Shown here: positions 19,861-29,429 of the stretch, in pieces | How the letters are laid out: each line of letters opens with the position of its first letter | How positions within the stretch are numbered: the stretch's first letter is position 1 | Source: Ruminococcus sp. | GTDB taxonomy: Bacteria > Bacillota > Clostridia > Oscillospirales > Acutalibacteraceae | Length of the DNA stretch: 64,000 bases | Reading direction: 5' to 3' | Assembly: GCA_017384945.1 (NCBI GenBank) | Contig: JAFNSO010000027.1 | Span: 2,931-66,930 of the forward strand | Notes under the pieces: generated by a model | Databases searched by the model: none | What the model was told of the DNA's origin: nothing | What the model saw: only the letters and a program-made list of their open reading frames with translations | Position numbers and translations under genes: made by a program

Positions 19861-20642
19861 AGCACTATCCCCGAAAGAAGCAAGGCCTCCGCAACGATTG
19901 AAGCAAAGTCGAGACCCTTCATTTTGAGGGTTTTCATTCTTGTTCTGCCGTCTCCGCCCCTGTAGCAGCGGCACTCCATCGCGACCGCGAGCTCATACGC
20001 TCTTCTGAACGCCGAGACAAACAGCGGAATCAACACGGGCGTCATCGCCCTTACCTTCTTTATAACGCCGCCCGACTCCATATCGGCTCCCCTCGCCTTC
20101 TGAGCCGACATGATCTTGTCGGTCTCCTCGAGCAGAGTCGGCACAAACCGAAGCGCAATTGTCATCATCATCGCGATCTCATGCACCTTGATATGGAAAA
20201 CCTTGAGCGGACTCATAAGCCGCTCGATAGCGTCGGTCAGATCGGTCGGCGAGGTCGTAAAGGTCAGACACGAGCTTACAAGAATAAGAAGCACGATTCT
20301 GACCGAGACGAAAACCGCCCTGTATATGCCGCTGAGCGTGATTTTTATTATACCCCACTCAAAAATCGGGGTTCCCCCTCCGTAGAAGATATTCAAGACG
20401 GAGGTAATAAGCACGATTATAAGAACTACCCTCACGCTTTTGAGGTACATCTTCAAAGAAATACCCGAAAGCAGAATAACCGCAAGCGTCGCCGCGCTGA
20501 CAAGCGCCAGAGACGCGAAGTTGAAGGTACAGAAGATAAACACGATATGGGCTATGAGGAGCACCATCTTGACCCTCGGGTCCATTTTATGAATAACGCT
20601 CTTCCCCGGGATGAACTGACCGAAGCTTATACCGCTTATCAT
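19830..20642 (-). CDS. ecfT: ECF transporter transmembrane subunit
   Basis: DPRVK, ALRFVP, AQKARG and AMECRCY motifs. Confidence 0.93.
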   Translation of the reverse strand: MISGISFGQFIPGKSVIHKMDPRVKMVLLIAHIVFIFCTFNFASLALVSAATLAVILLSGISLKMYLKSVRVVLIIVLITSVLNIFYGGGTPIFEWGIIKITLSGIYRAVFVSVRIVLLILVSSCLTFTTSPTDLTDAIERLMSPLKVFHIKVHEIAMMMTIALRFVPTLLEETDKIMSAQKARGADMESGGVIKKVRAMTPVLIPLFVSAFRRAYELAVAMECRCYRGGDGRTRMKTLKMKGLDFASIVAEALLLSGIVLCNIFLTSVI

Positions 20643-21502
20643 AGCTTCGACCTCCTTTTGAGCTGATTGAGGATTTCCTCAAACGCCTGTCCGACGGTCA
20701 GAATACCGTCCGAAAAGTCGTAGCCCTTTTCTCTTAAAATGGTCATTATCCGCGTAATCTGCGGAACCCTCAGCCCCATCGACTCGAGCTCCTCGACCCG
20801 CGAGAACACAGACCTCGGAGTATCCAGCATTTCGAGTCTGCCGTGGTTTAAAACCATTATCCTGTCCGCGATCCTCGCGACGTCCTCCATACTGTGAGAG
20901 ACGAGAATGACGGTGTTTTTTCTCTCCTTGTGGTAGCCGATTATCTGCGAAAGCAGAACGTCTCTGCCCTTCGGGTCGAGTCCCGCCGTCGGCTCGTCGA
21001 GCACAAGCACGTCGGGGTCCATAGCGATCACGCCCGCGATTGCGGCTCTTCTTTTCTCGCCGCCCGACAAATCAAACGGCGATTTGCCCAGAAGCCTGTC
21101 GTCGAGCGAGACGAATCTCGCCGCTTTTCTTACTGTTTTATCTAAATCATCTCCCGAGAGTCGCTTGTTTATCGGACCGAAGGAGATGTCCTTGTATACT
21201 GTTTCGTCAAAAAGCTGGTACTCGGGGTACTGGAAAACCATTCCGACCTTGAATCGGATTTTGCGGATTTCCTTCGGCTTTTCCCAGATATCCTGTCCCT
21301 CGAGCAGAACCTGTCCCGAGGTCGGGCGGATAAGTCCGTTGAGCATTTGCACAAAGGTGCTTTTTCCCGAGCCCGTATGGCCGATCAAGCCGATCACCTC
21401 CCCCTCGTTTATGCTGAGGCTGAGATTATCGACCGCTTTTTTCTCAAAGGGAGTGCCCTCGCCGTAAACGAAGCTGAGATTTTTGACCTCGATTATGCTC
21501 AT
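20639..21502 (-). CDS. ecfA2: ECF transporter ATPase A'
   Basis: [25 protein letters not shown]. Confidence 0.93.
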   Translation of the reverse strand: MSIIEVKNLSFVYGEGTPFEKKAVDNLSLSINEGEVIGLIGHTGSGKSTFVQMLNGLIRPTSGQVLLEGQDIWEKPKEIRKIRFKVGMVFQYPEYQLFDETVYKDISFGPINKRLSGDDLDKTVRKAARFVSLDDRLLGKSPFDLSGGEKRRAAIAGVIAMDPDVLVLDEPTAGLDPKGRDVLLSQIIGYHKERKNTVILVSHSMEDVARIADRIMVLNHGRLEMLDTPRSVFSRVEELESMGLRVPQITRIMTILREKGYDFSDGILTVGQAFEEILNQLKRRSKL

Positions 21503-22326
21503 TTCAGCACCTCCTCGAGAAAGCCCACGCATTCCTCCGCGTTCAGCGGCATTTTCGTGAACCTTACACCCGCGCCGATGAGCTTGTAAGCAAGCTCTGT
21601 CGCCTGCGGGACGTCGAGCGAATGACGCTTGAGCAGCGGCACCTCGCAGAAAACCTCGCGCGGAGTGCCCTCAACGAGCACCTTACCCTTATCCATAACG
21701 ATGACCCTGTCCGCGAGGACTGCCTCGTTCATATAGTGGGTTATAAGCACGATTGTGATTCCCTTTTCCTTGAGTGACCTTATCGCTGTCATAACCTCTT
21801 CTCTTCCGCTAGGGTCGAGCATAGCCGTCGGCTCGTCGAACACCACGCAGCTCGGACGCATAGCGAGGATACCCGCAATCGCGACCCTTTGCTTCTGACC
21901 GCCCGAGAGCTTGTGCGCCTCGTGACGGCGGTACTCGTACATCCCGACCGCCTTAAGGCTTTCGTCGACTCTTCGGCGGATTTCCTCGGGCTCAATCCCG
22001 AGGTTTTCGGGGCCGAAGGCTACGTCCTCCTCTATAATGCTCGCGACGAGCTGATTGTCGGGGTTTTGCAGCACAAGACCGACGTTCGAGCGGATCTCGT
22101 AGGTCAGCTTTTCGTCCTTTGTGTCCATTTTATCGACATAAACGACGCCCTCGTCGGGCAAAAGCATGGCGTTTAGCATTTTTGCCATAGTGGACTTGCC
22201 GCAGCCGTTGTGACCGAGCAGAGCCACGAACTCGCCTTTTTCTATTTTCAGGCTGACGCCGCCGAGAACATCCCTGTTCTCCTCGTCATAAGAAAACCTT
22301 ACGTTTTCAGCCGATATAAAACTCAT
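21499..22326 (-). CDS. ecfA1: ECF transporter ATPase A
   Basis: [22 protein letters not shown]. Confidence 0.93.
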   Translation of the reverse strand: MSFISAENVRFSYDEENRDVLGGVSLKIEKGEFVALLGHNGCGKSTMAKMLNAMLLPDEGVVYVDKMDTKDEKLTYEIRSNVGLVLQNPDNQLVASIIEEDVAFGPENLGIEPEEIRRRVDESLKAVGMYEYRRHEAHKLSGGQKQRVAIAGILAMRPSCVVFDEPTAMLDPSGREEVMTAIRSLKEKGITIVLITHYMNEAVLADRVIVMDKGKVLVEGTPREVFCEVPLLKRHSLDVPQATELAYKLIGAGVRFTKMPLNAEECVGFLEEVLK

Positions 22327-23190
22327 TTATTTCTCCCAAATAACAGTAGAGCCGCACGGCAGACACATTCCCGTCTGCGTAACCCTAAGTCCGATTTCGT
22401 CGGCGCTTACCCTTCCGCCGAATCGGCTTTTGAGCTCTATGTTCAACAAATACTCCATAACCGCGGGTGACAAGCCCGTCGTGTATGAATTGAGAATCAA
22501 AAACGAGGGATTGTCGCTCATTACCTGTATACATAATTCTATCAAAGAATAAAGCTTTTCTTCAATTTTCCAGACCTCGCCGTTGGGACCTCTTCCGTAG
22601 GAGGGCGGGTCCATTATAATTCCGTCGTACTTATTGCCTCGGCGGATTTCACGGTTTACGAACTTGACGCAGTCGTCGACAAGCCACCTTACGGGCTTAT
22701 CGGCGATACCCGAGCTTTGGGCGTTCTCCTTTGCCCAATTGACCATACCCTTGCTGGCGTCAACGTGACAGACCCTTGCCCCCGCGTCCATAGCGGCGAG
22801 CGTGGCGCAGCCCGTATATCCGAACAGATTCAGGATATTAAGCGGGCGGTTCTCCTTTTCGATTCTGTCCTGAACCCAGTCCCAGTTTACCGCCTGCTCG
22901 GGGAAAACCCCCGTATGCTTAAAGCCCATCGGCTTTACGTTGAAAATCAGGCTTTTGAACCTTACGCTCCAGCTGTCGGGCACCTTTTTATACATTTCCC
23001 AGTGACCGCCGCCTTTATTCGAGCGGTGGTAACGCGCGTGGGCGTTTCTCCAAAGCGGATTTTTCCTTTCGGAATGCCAGATGATTTGCGGGTCGGGGCG
23101 GATAAGTATGATATTGCCCCAGCGCTCCAGTCTTTCGCCGTCCGAGCAGTCAATCAGCTCGTAGTCCTTCCAGTTATCAGATACTCTCAT
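22327..23190 (-). CDS. Class I SAM-dependent methyltransferase (RlmI/RlmK-like)
   Basis: LNLFGYTG and MDPPSYG motifs. Confidence 0.85.
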   Translation of the reverse strand: MRVSDNWKDYELIDCSDGERLERWGNIILIRPDPQIIWHSERKNPLWRNAHARYHRSNKGGGHWEMYKKVPDSWSVRFKSLIFNVKPMGFKHTGVFPEQAVNWDWVQDRIEKENRPLNILNLFGYTGCATLAAMDAGARVCHVDASKGMVNWAKENAQSSGIADKPVRWLVDDCVKFVNREIRRGNKYDGIIMDPPSYGRGPNGEVWKIEEKLYSLIELCIQVMSDNPSFLILNSYTTGLSPAVMEYLLNIELKSRFGGRVSADEIGLRVTQTGMCLPCGSTVIWEK

Positions 23191-23210
23191 AAATTACCTT
23201 ACTTTTAAAA

Positions 23211-24272
23211 TCAATCAAACAATGTCGGCTGACCGACCTTTACTCCGCCGGGAAAAGCGAGCCCCAAATGCTCGCACGCGGCGGCTGTTATACAGCGGCC
23301 TCTCGGCGTTCTGCTGAGAAAACCGATTTGCATAAGATACGGCTCGTACACGTCCTCAATTGTGACAGCCTCCTCGCCTATCGCGGCGGCGAGTGTTTCG
23401 AGCCCGACGGGGCCGCCGTTGTAGAATTTAACGATAGCCTCAAGCATTCTTCTGTCGTTGCTGTCGAGTCCGAGCTCGTCGACTCCGAGCCTCTCGAGCG
23501 CTGTCCGAGCGGTTTCGAGCGTAATCACTCCGTCGGACAGGACCTGAGCGAAGTCGCGCACGCGCTTCAAAAACCTGTTGGCGATTCTCGGCGTTCCTCG
23601 TGAACGCGAGGCGATTTCGACCGCGCCGTCGTGCTCGATCTCAATGCCCAAGATCGAAGCGCTTCTCTCGACGATTCTCGCGAGCTCCTCGGTCGTATAC
23701 AGCTCGAGTCTCAGCACAACGCCGAAGCGGTCTCTGAGCGGAGCCGTGAGCTGACCCGCTCTCGTCGTCGCTCCGACCAGCGTAAACTTCGGCAGCGGCA
23801 GGTGATAAGAGGTAGCCATCTGACCCTTGCCCGTGATAATATCGATCGCGAAGTCCTCCATTGACGGGTACAAGATTTCCTCGACCGCTCTGCTCAGTCT
23901 ATGGATTTCGTCGATAAAAAGCACGTCGCCCTGATTCAGATTCGTCAGAAGCGAAGCCAGATCCCCGGGCTTTTCGATCGCGGGACCCGACGTGATTCTG
24001 ACCGAAACCCCGAGCTCGTTCGCGATAATCGCGGAAAGCGTAGTTTTTCCGAGTCCGGGAGGGCCGTACAAAAGCACGTGGTCAAGCGACTCACCGCGCT
24101 GCTTAGCCGCGTCGATAAAGACCCGCAAATTCTCCTTGACCGTTTCCTGACCGATATAGTCGTCAAGCGTCCTTGGTCTCAGCGGGTTCTCGTTTTCGCC
24201 GTTGTCCTCGGGTATCTGCGAGGTATCAACTATTCTGTTCTCAAAATCAAACTCATCCGAATACTCAATCAT
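23211..24272 (-). CDS. ruvB: Holliday junction branch migration helicase
   Basis: [28 protein letters not shown]. Confidence 0.97.
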   Translation of the reverse strand: MIEYSDEFDFENRIVDTSQIPEDNGENENPLRPRTLDDYIGQETVKENLRVFIDAAKQRGESLDHVLLYGPPGLGKTTLSAIIANELGVSVRITSGPAIEKPGDLASLLTNLNQGDVLFIDEIHRLSRAVEEILYPSMEDFAIDIITGKGQMATSYHLPLPKFTLVGATTRAGQLTAPLRDRFGVVLRLELYTTEELARIVERSASILGIEIEHDGAVEIASRSRGTPRIANRFLKRVRDFAQVLSDGVITLETARTALERLGVDELGLDSNDRRMLEAIVKFYNGGPVGLETLAAAIGEEAVTIEDVYEPYLMQIGFLSRTPRGRCITAAACEHLGLAFPGGVKVGQPTLFD

Positions 24273-24362
24273 TTTTTTACTTTTTCCTCGTCATCATCGT
24301 TCGTTCCTATCCCCCTTGCCTTAGCACCTCTATGAAGCTTTGGATACTTGGGATAGGTTCAT
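24270..24362. repeat. Diverged copy of the ~100-nt structured intergenic element
   Basis: Shares TCGTCA..TCGTTCGTTCCTATC...CCTCT.TGAAG.TTTGGATA...GGATAGGTTC with 32710-32927. Confidence 0.8.
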
Positions 24363-24409
24363 CTATGTATAAACTTCGTTTTAACAAACAAACGTAAAGA
24401 TATGCAAAA

Positions 24410-24441
24410 AATTGCGAATTGCGCATTGCGCATTGCGAATT
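24410..24441. repeat. Heptamer tandem repeat (A/C)ATTGCG x4
   Basis: aattgcg aattgcg cattgcg cattgcg aatt, directly after the ruvA stop. Confidence 0.85.
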
Positions 24442-25037
24442 TACTTCCTGCCCATCAGCTTCAGGGTCTCTCCTATAAGCTTCTCAACAGGCAGGCTCGA
24501 ATCGAGCGTGGAGATAAACGGGCTTACATCCGCCGAGGAGTAGCCGAGCACTCCGAGCGCCTCTATCGCCTTTTGGACGTTGCCTGTCGAGTACGCCGCC
24601 GCTGACGCCACTCCCGAAACGAGCTCTCTCTCGTCGGTCAGCTTGAATTTATCCTTAAGCTCAAGGATTATCCTCTGGGCAAGCTTTTTGCCGACTCCCT
24701 GCGCGAGGGTGATCGTCTTGACGTCGCCCGTCGCCACCGCCATAGAAATCTGCTGCGGTGAAAGCGCCGAGAGAATCGCGAGTCCGACCTTCGGTCCGAC
24801 TCCGCTCACTCCGATAAGCGTCTTGAACGCCGAAAGCTCCTCCTGAGTCGAGAAGCCGTACAGCTCCATCGCGTCCTCCCTGACATTCAGGTGCGTAAAG
24901 AGCTTTGACTCGCTGCCGACGCTCAGATTTTTCTGTGTATTTATTGTCGTAAGGCACTTATATCCGACGCCGCCGCACTCGATGACCGCGACTCCCGCGC
25001 CGATGTGAATGACCTCACCCCGTAAGCTGTAGTACAT
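24441..25037 (-). CDS. ruvA: Holliday junction DNA-binding subunit
   Basis: GVGY, VRED..LYGF, VSGVGPK, GVGKKLAQRIILELK. Confidence 0.97.
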   Translation of the reverse strand: MYYSLRGEVIHIGAGVAVIECGGVGYKCLTTINTQKNLSVGSESKLFTHLNVREDAMELYGFSTQEELSAFKTLIGVSGVGPKVGLAILSALSPQQISMAVATGDVKTITLAQGVGKKLAQRIILELKDKFKLTDERELVSGVASAAAYSTGNVQKAIEALGVLGYSSADVSPFISTLDSSLPVEKLIGETLKLMGRK

Positions 25038-25051
25038 ATTTTTCCTCTTCG

Positions 25052-25546
25052 TTAGTTAAGCATTTGTCTTAGCTGTGTGCCGTTCGCCTGACAATGCGTG
25101 ATCGCGATAGCGAGCGCGTCGGCGGTATCGTCGGGCTTCGGGATCTCTGGCAGCTTCAAAAGCCTGCGTGTCATCTCCATAACCTGCGGCTTTTTCGCCT
25201 TGCCGTAACCCGTGACGGCTGTTTTGACCTGAAGCGGCGTATACTCAAAAATCGGAAGTCCCGCCTGCTTTGCCGCGAGAAGGATAACTCCCCTCGCCTC
25301 CGCGACCATAATCGCGGTCTTTTGGTTCGTGGTGAAGTAGAGCTTTTCGATCGCGACCGCCTCGGGCTTAAAGCTCGAGATAACCTCGCTAATATCCTCG
25401 TAAATCACCTTTAATCTCAGGTTGAAATCCATATCGGCGTCGGTCGTTACGGCGCCGTAGCGCAAGGGACGGAAGCTGTGGTTTTTGTGCTCAATCAAAC
25501 CCCAGCCGACAATAGCGTACCCGGGGTCAATTCCGAGAATAATCAT
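25052..25546 (-). CDS. ruvC: Crossover junction endodeoxyribonuclease
   Basis: ILGIDPG, EARG, PDDTADALA. Confidence 0.97.
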   Translation of the reverse strand: MIILGIDPGYAIVGWGLIEHKNHSFRPLRYGAVTTDADMDFNLRLKVIYEDISEVISSFKPEAVAIEKLYFTTNQKTAIMVAEARGVILLAAKQAGLPIFEYTPLQVKTAVTGYGKAKKPQVMEMTRRLLKLPEIPKPDDTADALAIAITHCQANGTQLRQMLN

Positions 25547-25659
25547 ACAGACCTCCACCTGTCCAGTTTATCCGAAATATTATACCACAGAAACGGCGGA
25601 TTATCAATATTATTTGTATATACTTTTTGACCAAAATGACTATTTGCGGGGACAGCAAA

Positions 25660-25688
25660 AGGTCGGGCGAATCCTGTCCGCCCGACCT
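25660..25688 (-). terminator. Terminator of the O-antigen ligase gene
   Basis: AGGTCGGGCG / CGCCCGACCT stem with a short U-tract on the minus strand. Confidence 0.65.
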
Positions 25689-25701
25689 GTGATAAAAACT
25701 A

Positions 25702-27276
25702 TTAACTTTCTTTTTGTCTGCAAACGCTCTCCGCGAGACCGAGGAAGATGAACACAAGCGGGGTCACAATCGGAGTCGCGATATTAACCGTACTCTGGAA
25801 CAAATAGCACACGACGGGAGCGATGAACGCCAGCGCGAGGTAGTTTTCCTTTGCCTTTCTGAACGCCCTTACGATCGCCGAACCCATAACCGTCAGATAC
25901 GCCGCAAGTCCGAACACGCCGACGGTGACGAGGTAGTTCAAAAACTCGTTGTGAGCGCAGTTTGTGGAGGAATTTCCGAACTTGTCGTTGAGCTCCGTAA
26001 AGAACGGCTCAAACGCGTAGTAGAAGCAGTCGGGACCCCAGCCGACAATGGCGTTCTTGAAGCCCGAGCCGAGGAATATCTCCCAAGCCTTGATCCACAT
26101 ATAACCTCTGTGTGTTCCCCACTTCTCGTTAAAGCGGAAGAGCTTTGTAACCGAGTTGAGCTTTGAGGTCGTGTCAACAAAGGTGTAGTTCACAAACACG
26201 CCTACGAGCACAGCGATTCCCGCCAAATACAGCGCGCCGAGCGCAATCGGAACCGCGACGGGGAGCTTTTTGTCTCCCTTGCGGGCTAGAAGCGCGAAAG
26301 CGACCGCGACCGCGGCGACAACGGCGAGAGCTATATATGATTTGTCGCTGTAAATGAAAAACTTCTGCATAGCGCCGAAGCCCTTCTGCTTGTCCCCCAT
26401 AGCGAGCGAAAACAGTCTTACGGCCTTCGCGCAGATGAGCATAACCGAAACCGCGATAAAATACCCCGAAAGCTTCTTGAGGCTCCTCGAATAGTAGAGC
26501 AGGAGCAGCGCCATAAGCGGAGCAAAGCCCAAAAATCCGCTCTCACTGTCGGCACAGAGCATAGCTGCGAAGCCGAGCCCCGTCAGCGCGAGGTAGAAAC
26601 ACCGCAGCACGGTATTCTTGTGGTTGAGCCAAAAAACAAGGAACAGCGGCACAACAACGCAGCAGAACGCGGACATAATATTCTTGTTGCCTATGGTAGA
26701 TGTAAAATCCTTCGCGGTTTTCTCGCTGTAGTTGTTTAAGATACCTATAGGGTCGATGTAGAAATAGTTGAGAATACAGAGCGTACAAACAATCGCCGCG
26801 GTAATTCCGAGCACGACAAAAACGTACTCCTTGAAAGCAAAGCACCTAGACGCGACAATGTAAACGAAGAAATAAAGAATGAACAAAAACAATCCGTTGT
26901 TTCTTCCGATTTCACCCGTAAGACACTGGTCGGGATAAGCCGAGAATATTGTGGAAACAATATAAACAAGTATGAGCGCCGCGAACGCGTAATCGGTCAA
27001 AGTCAGCCGTTGGTACCACTTTTTGTCGGGGATTATCCCCTCGCGGTTGCGCTCGTTCAAAAGCAAAAGCCCGATGATTATTTCCGCGATCGTCAGAACG
27101 CACGACAAAAGCAAGAACACATTCAGTTTATCGTGGCGGATGTGGGAGTACTGGCTGCTGAAATATAGCGGAAAGACCGAAAACATCAGCACCAGATAGT
27201 AATTGAGAAACGCGCCCGAGGAGTTGTAGCTCTCCGAGGGAGCTTCCTTTATTTTCTTGGAATTTTTCTTTGCCAT
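25702..27276 (-). CDS. O-antigen ligase/polymerase (Wzy_C)-family membrane protein
   Basis: Many TM segments; TIGNKN, R..W..GWGPD, AHNEFL motifs. Confidence 0.85.
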   Translation of the reverse strand: MAKKNSKKIKEAPSESYNSSGAFLNYYLVLMFSVFPLYFSSQYSHIRHDKLNVFLLLSCVLTIAEIIIGLLLLNERNREGIIPDKKWYQRLTLTDYAFAALILVYIVSTIFSAYPDQCLTGEIGRNNGLFLFILYFFVYIVASRCFAFKEYVFVVLGITAAIVCTLCILNYFYIDPIGILNNYSEKTAKDFTSTIGNKNIMSAFCCVVVPLFLVFWLNHKNTVLRCFYLALTGLGFAAMLCADSESGFLGFAPLMALLLLYYSRSLKKLSGYFIAVSVMLICAKAVRLFSLAMGDKQKGFGAMQKFFIYSDKSYIALAVVAAVAVAFALLARKGDKKLPVAVPIALGALYLAGIAVLVGVFVNYTFVDTTSKLNSVTKLFRFNEKWGTHRGYMWIKAWEIFLGSGFKNAIVGWGPDCFYYAFEPFFTELNDKFGNSSTNCAHNEFLNYLVTVGVFGLAAYLTVMGSAIVRAFRKAKENYLALAFIAPVVCYLFQSTVNIATPIVTPLVFIFLGLAESVCRQKES

Positions 27277-27334
27277 TGTATCACCGTTTTAAAGAAATAT
27301 TATACGGTAATTATAGTACAACGGCAGAAGGATG

Positions 27335-27679
27335 TCAATTTCTTTTAAGGCTCAGAGAACCGTAATCGCCCGATAATCGGAGCTTATTTTCTTTTAAGGA
27401 ATAATCAAAGCGGTAACACTGCTTATCTCCGCTGTCAAAAATGGCCAGAGTCTCCTTGTCAATCACGCAGAGCCCCTGAATTTTGGTTGATTTTTCTTTT
27501 TCGGAAATTTCAAGACAGCCGAAGTCCTCCCGAAAGCTCAGACTCACCCGCCTTTCACCCCGAAGCTGAGCGCTCCAGCGGTTGAGACGTATTTCGTCCG
27601 CCTGATTCGCGACCGCGGGAGCGCAGGAGGAGAGCACAAAAGCCGCGCAGAAAACAAGCAAAAACAAATATTTTTTCAT
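27335..27679 (-). CDS. Small lipoprotein, unknown function
   Basis: Lipobox LSSC after a hydrophobic leader. Confidence 0.65.
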   Translation of the reverse strand: MKKYLFLLVFCAAFVLSSCAPAVANQADEIRLNRWSAQLRGERRVSLSFREDFGCLEISEKEKSTKIQGLCVIDKETLAIFDSGDKQCYRFDYSLKENKLRLSGDYGSLSLKRN

Positions 27680-27809
27680 ACTAAAGGATATGAAATCATA
27701 ACAGCTTTTATAACTACTTTACAGTTTTGTTATAATTCTTGATACGCATTAAAAATCAAAGTATAATGAGCTTATAAGACTCAAAATTCGACAAAAAAGG
27801 ACGACTCCT

Positions 27810-28808
27810 ATGCAGCATATTACAGAAAACGTGAACTTATTCGACGACAACGGCGACGTTGTTTTCGGCGGCTGGTCGCGCGAGCGGCTTTTTGAATACA
27901 ACAAGGACGTATATCCTGCCCGAAACAAGCTTGTCGAGAAGGACTCCTACTTCATCACAAACGACGAAATGGGCTTTTACCTCGGGGTTGAGACCGTGGG
28001 GACGGAGCTCGCGATCAGAATCGTTCTGATCGACTTCAAGTCGGGCGAGCTTATTCGCGACAGTATCTCAAAGAAAATCGTGCTCGACCTCACTCCCCTT
28101 CCTCAGTCCGAGGGCAAGGGCGAGTTCTCCTACACCGACAAAAAAATCGCCCTCACGCTGACCAACACGGTTGACGGAAGGTACATCAAGTGCGATTTTA
28201 TCGACTTCAACAACTACAAAAATCTCTTCGTAAAGGTATTCATAAAGAACGGCGAGGGCGACAGTATGAACGTAGTCGCTCCATTTGACGAAAACCACAA
28301 GTGCTTCTACTACAAAAGGTTCGTCCCGACCTTTACGGCGAGCGGAGTCGTGCGTTTCGGCGGAACAGACTACAACCTCACCGACGAAAACAGCTGTGTC
28401 TACCTCAACTGGAGCCGTTACGCGCTGTTCAAGCACCAAAAGTATCAGAGCCTCAACGCCTGCTTCCCGATTGGAGGCCACAAATTCGCGATTAATCTCA
28501 GCTCGAAGGTCGGAAACAACAAAAAGGGCACCGAAAGCTGTTATTTCCTCGACAAAAGGCTGTACAAGGTCGGCAGGCTCAAGGTTTCGGGCGACGAAAG
28601 AAAAACGGAAAGCGAGTGGAGATTCGAGACCCTCGACGGCAAATGCGATTTGCTTTTCACCCCCGACAGGGACGACCACGGACTCCAGACCTGCAAGTGC
28701 GATAAGCTCACCTTCGTATTCGGCACGCTTAACGGCAGGCTCGAAAACGACGAGGTAAAGCTCAGAATCAGAGACAAAAAAGCTCATATGATTTTCATAA
28801 ACATCTAA
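27810..28808 (+). CDS. DUF2804-like protein (divergent)
   Basis: Overall layout (GWSR..YN, PF..FYY, VFG..G) resembles DUF2804; RBS present. Confidence 0.6.
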   Translation: MQHITENVNLFDDNGDVVFGGWSRERLFEYNKDVYPARNKLVEKDSYFITNDEMGFYLGVETVGTELAIRIVLIDFKSGELIRDSISKKIVLDLTPLPQSEGKGEFSYTDKKIALTLTNTVDGRYIKCDFIDFNNYKNLFVKVFIKNGEGDSMNVVAPFDENHKCFYYKRFVPTFTASGVVRFGGTDYNLTDENSCVYLNWSRYALFKHQKYQSLNACFPIGGHKFAINLSSKVGNNKKGTESCYFLDKRLYKVGRLKVSGDERKTESEWRFETLDGKCDLLFTPDRDDHGLQTCKCDKLTFVFGTLNGRLENDEVKLRIRDKKAHMIFINI

Positions 28809-28814
28809 AAAAAC

Positions 28815-28842
28815 GGCAGATAAGCGAGAAAGCTTATCTGCC
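28815..28842. terminator. Terminator hairpin
   Basis: GGCAGATAAGC / GCTTATCTGCC between convergent genes. Confidence 0.75.
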
Positions 28843-28861
28843 TGATTTTTTACCTTTTACC

Positions 28862-29296
28862 TTAACTCTTGAGGTATCTCGCGAAGATTCCCATAACCGA
28901 AAGAAACGCCGTCAGAAGATACAAAAGCATAGCGCACATCGAACCGAAGCATAGGTTCGCGGGACCGACAAAAAGAATAACACAAATCACGCCCAGCGCT
29001 GAGCAGATGATTCCGACCACGTTTTTGAGGTTATACTCCCTGTCGAAAATCTGAAAGCCAACCGCTATTACGGGGATAACAAGGAACGCCAGAAAGCAAA
29101 GTCCCATCGTATTGAGGACGGGATTTTCGGAGCCTATGTAGCTTACCATTTCCATAGCGGTAAAAAAGCTCGTTTTCCCGGGGACGATCTGACCGCCCCA
29201 TATAAACGGCCAAGTGGTCAGAAAAATTTCAATCAGAAACAATATAATCTGAATAACTCTTATTCTCTTGGTTGTTTTGTTCTGTACTTTTATCAT
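28862..29296 (-). CDS. Small multi-TM membrane protein
   Basis: Four hydrophobic segments; GGAG RBS. Confidence 0.7.
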   Translation of the reverse strand: MIKVQNKTTKRIRVIQIILFLIEIFLTTWPFIWGGQIVPGKTSFFTAMEMVSYIGSENPVLNTMGLCFLAFLVIPVIAVGFQIFDREYNLKNVVGIICSALGVICVILFVGPANLCFGSMCAMLLYLLTAFLSVMGIFARYLKS

Positions 29297-29429
29297 TTTA
29301 GTTCTCCATTAGAATTATATTTGTGTATTTCATACAACAATTCGTATTATAACACAAAATTTCTTCTTGCACAATAGTCAAATGTGTGATATCATTTATT
29401 AGTTGGTAATTTTATTTTAGTAAGGTGAT

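Noticed and set aside
19861-19974. N-terminal extension of TruA
   Set aside because: It lies within ecfT; TruA homology begins at about LRNLFLTIQYDG.
24300-24365. Conserved peptide EPIxxIQxFxE readable in all copies of the repeat element
   Set aside because: No shared start codon and the stop positions differ; the similarity follows from the DNA repeat.
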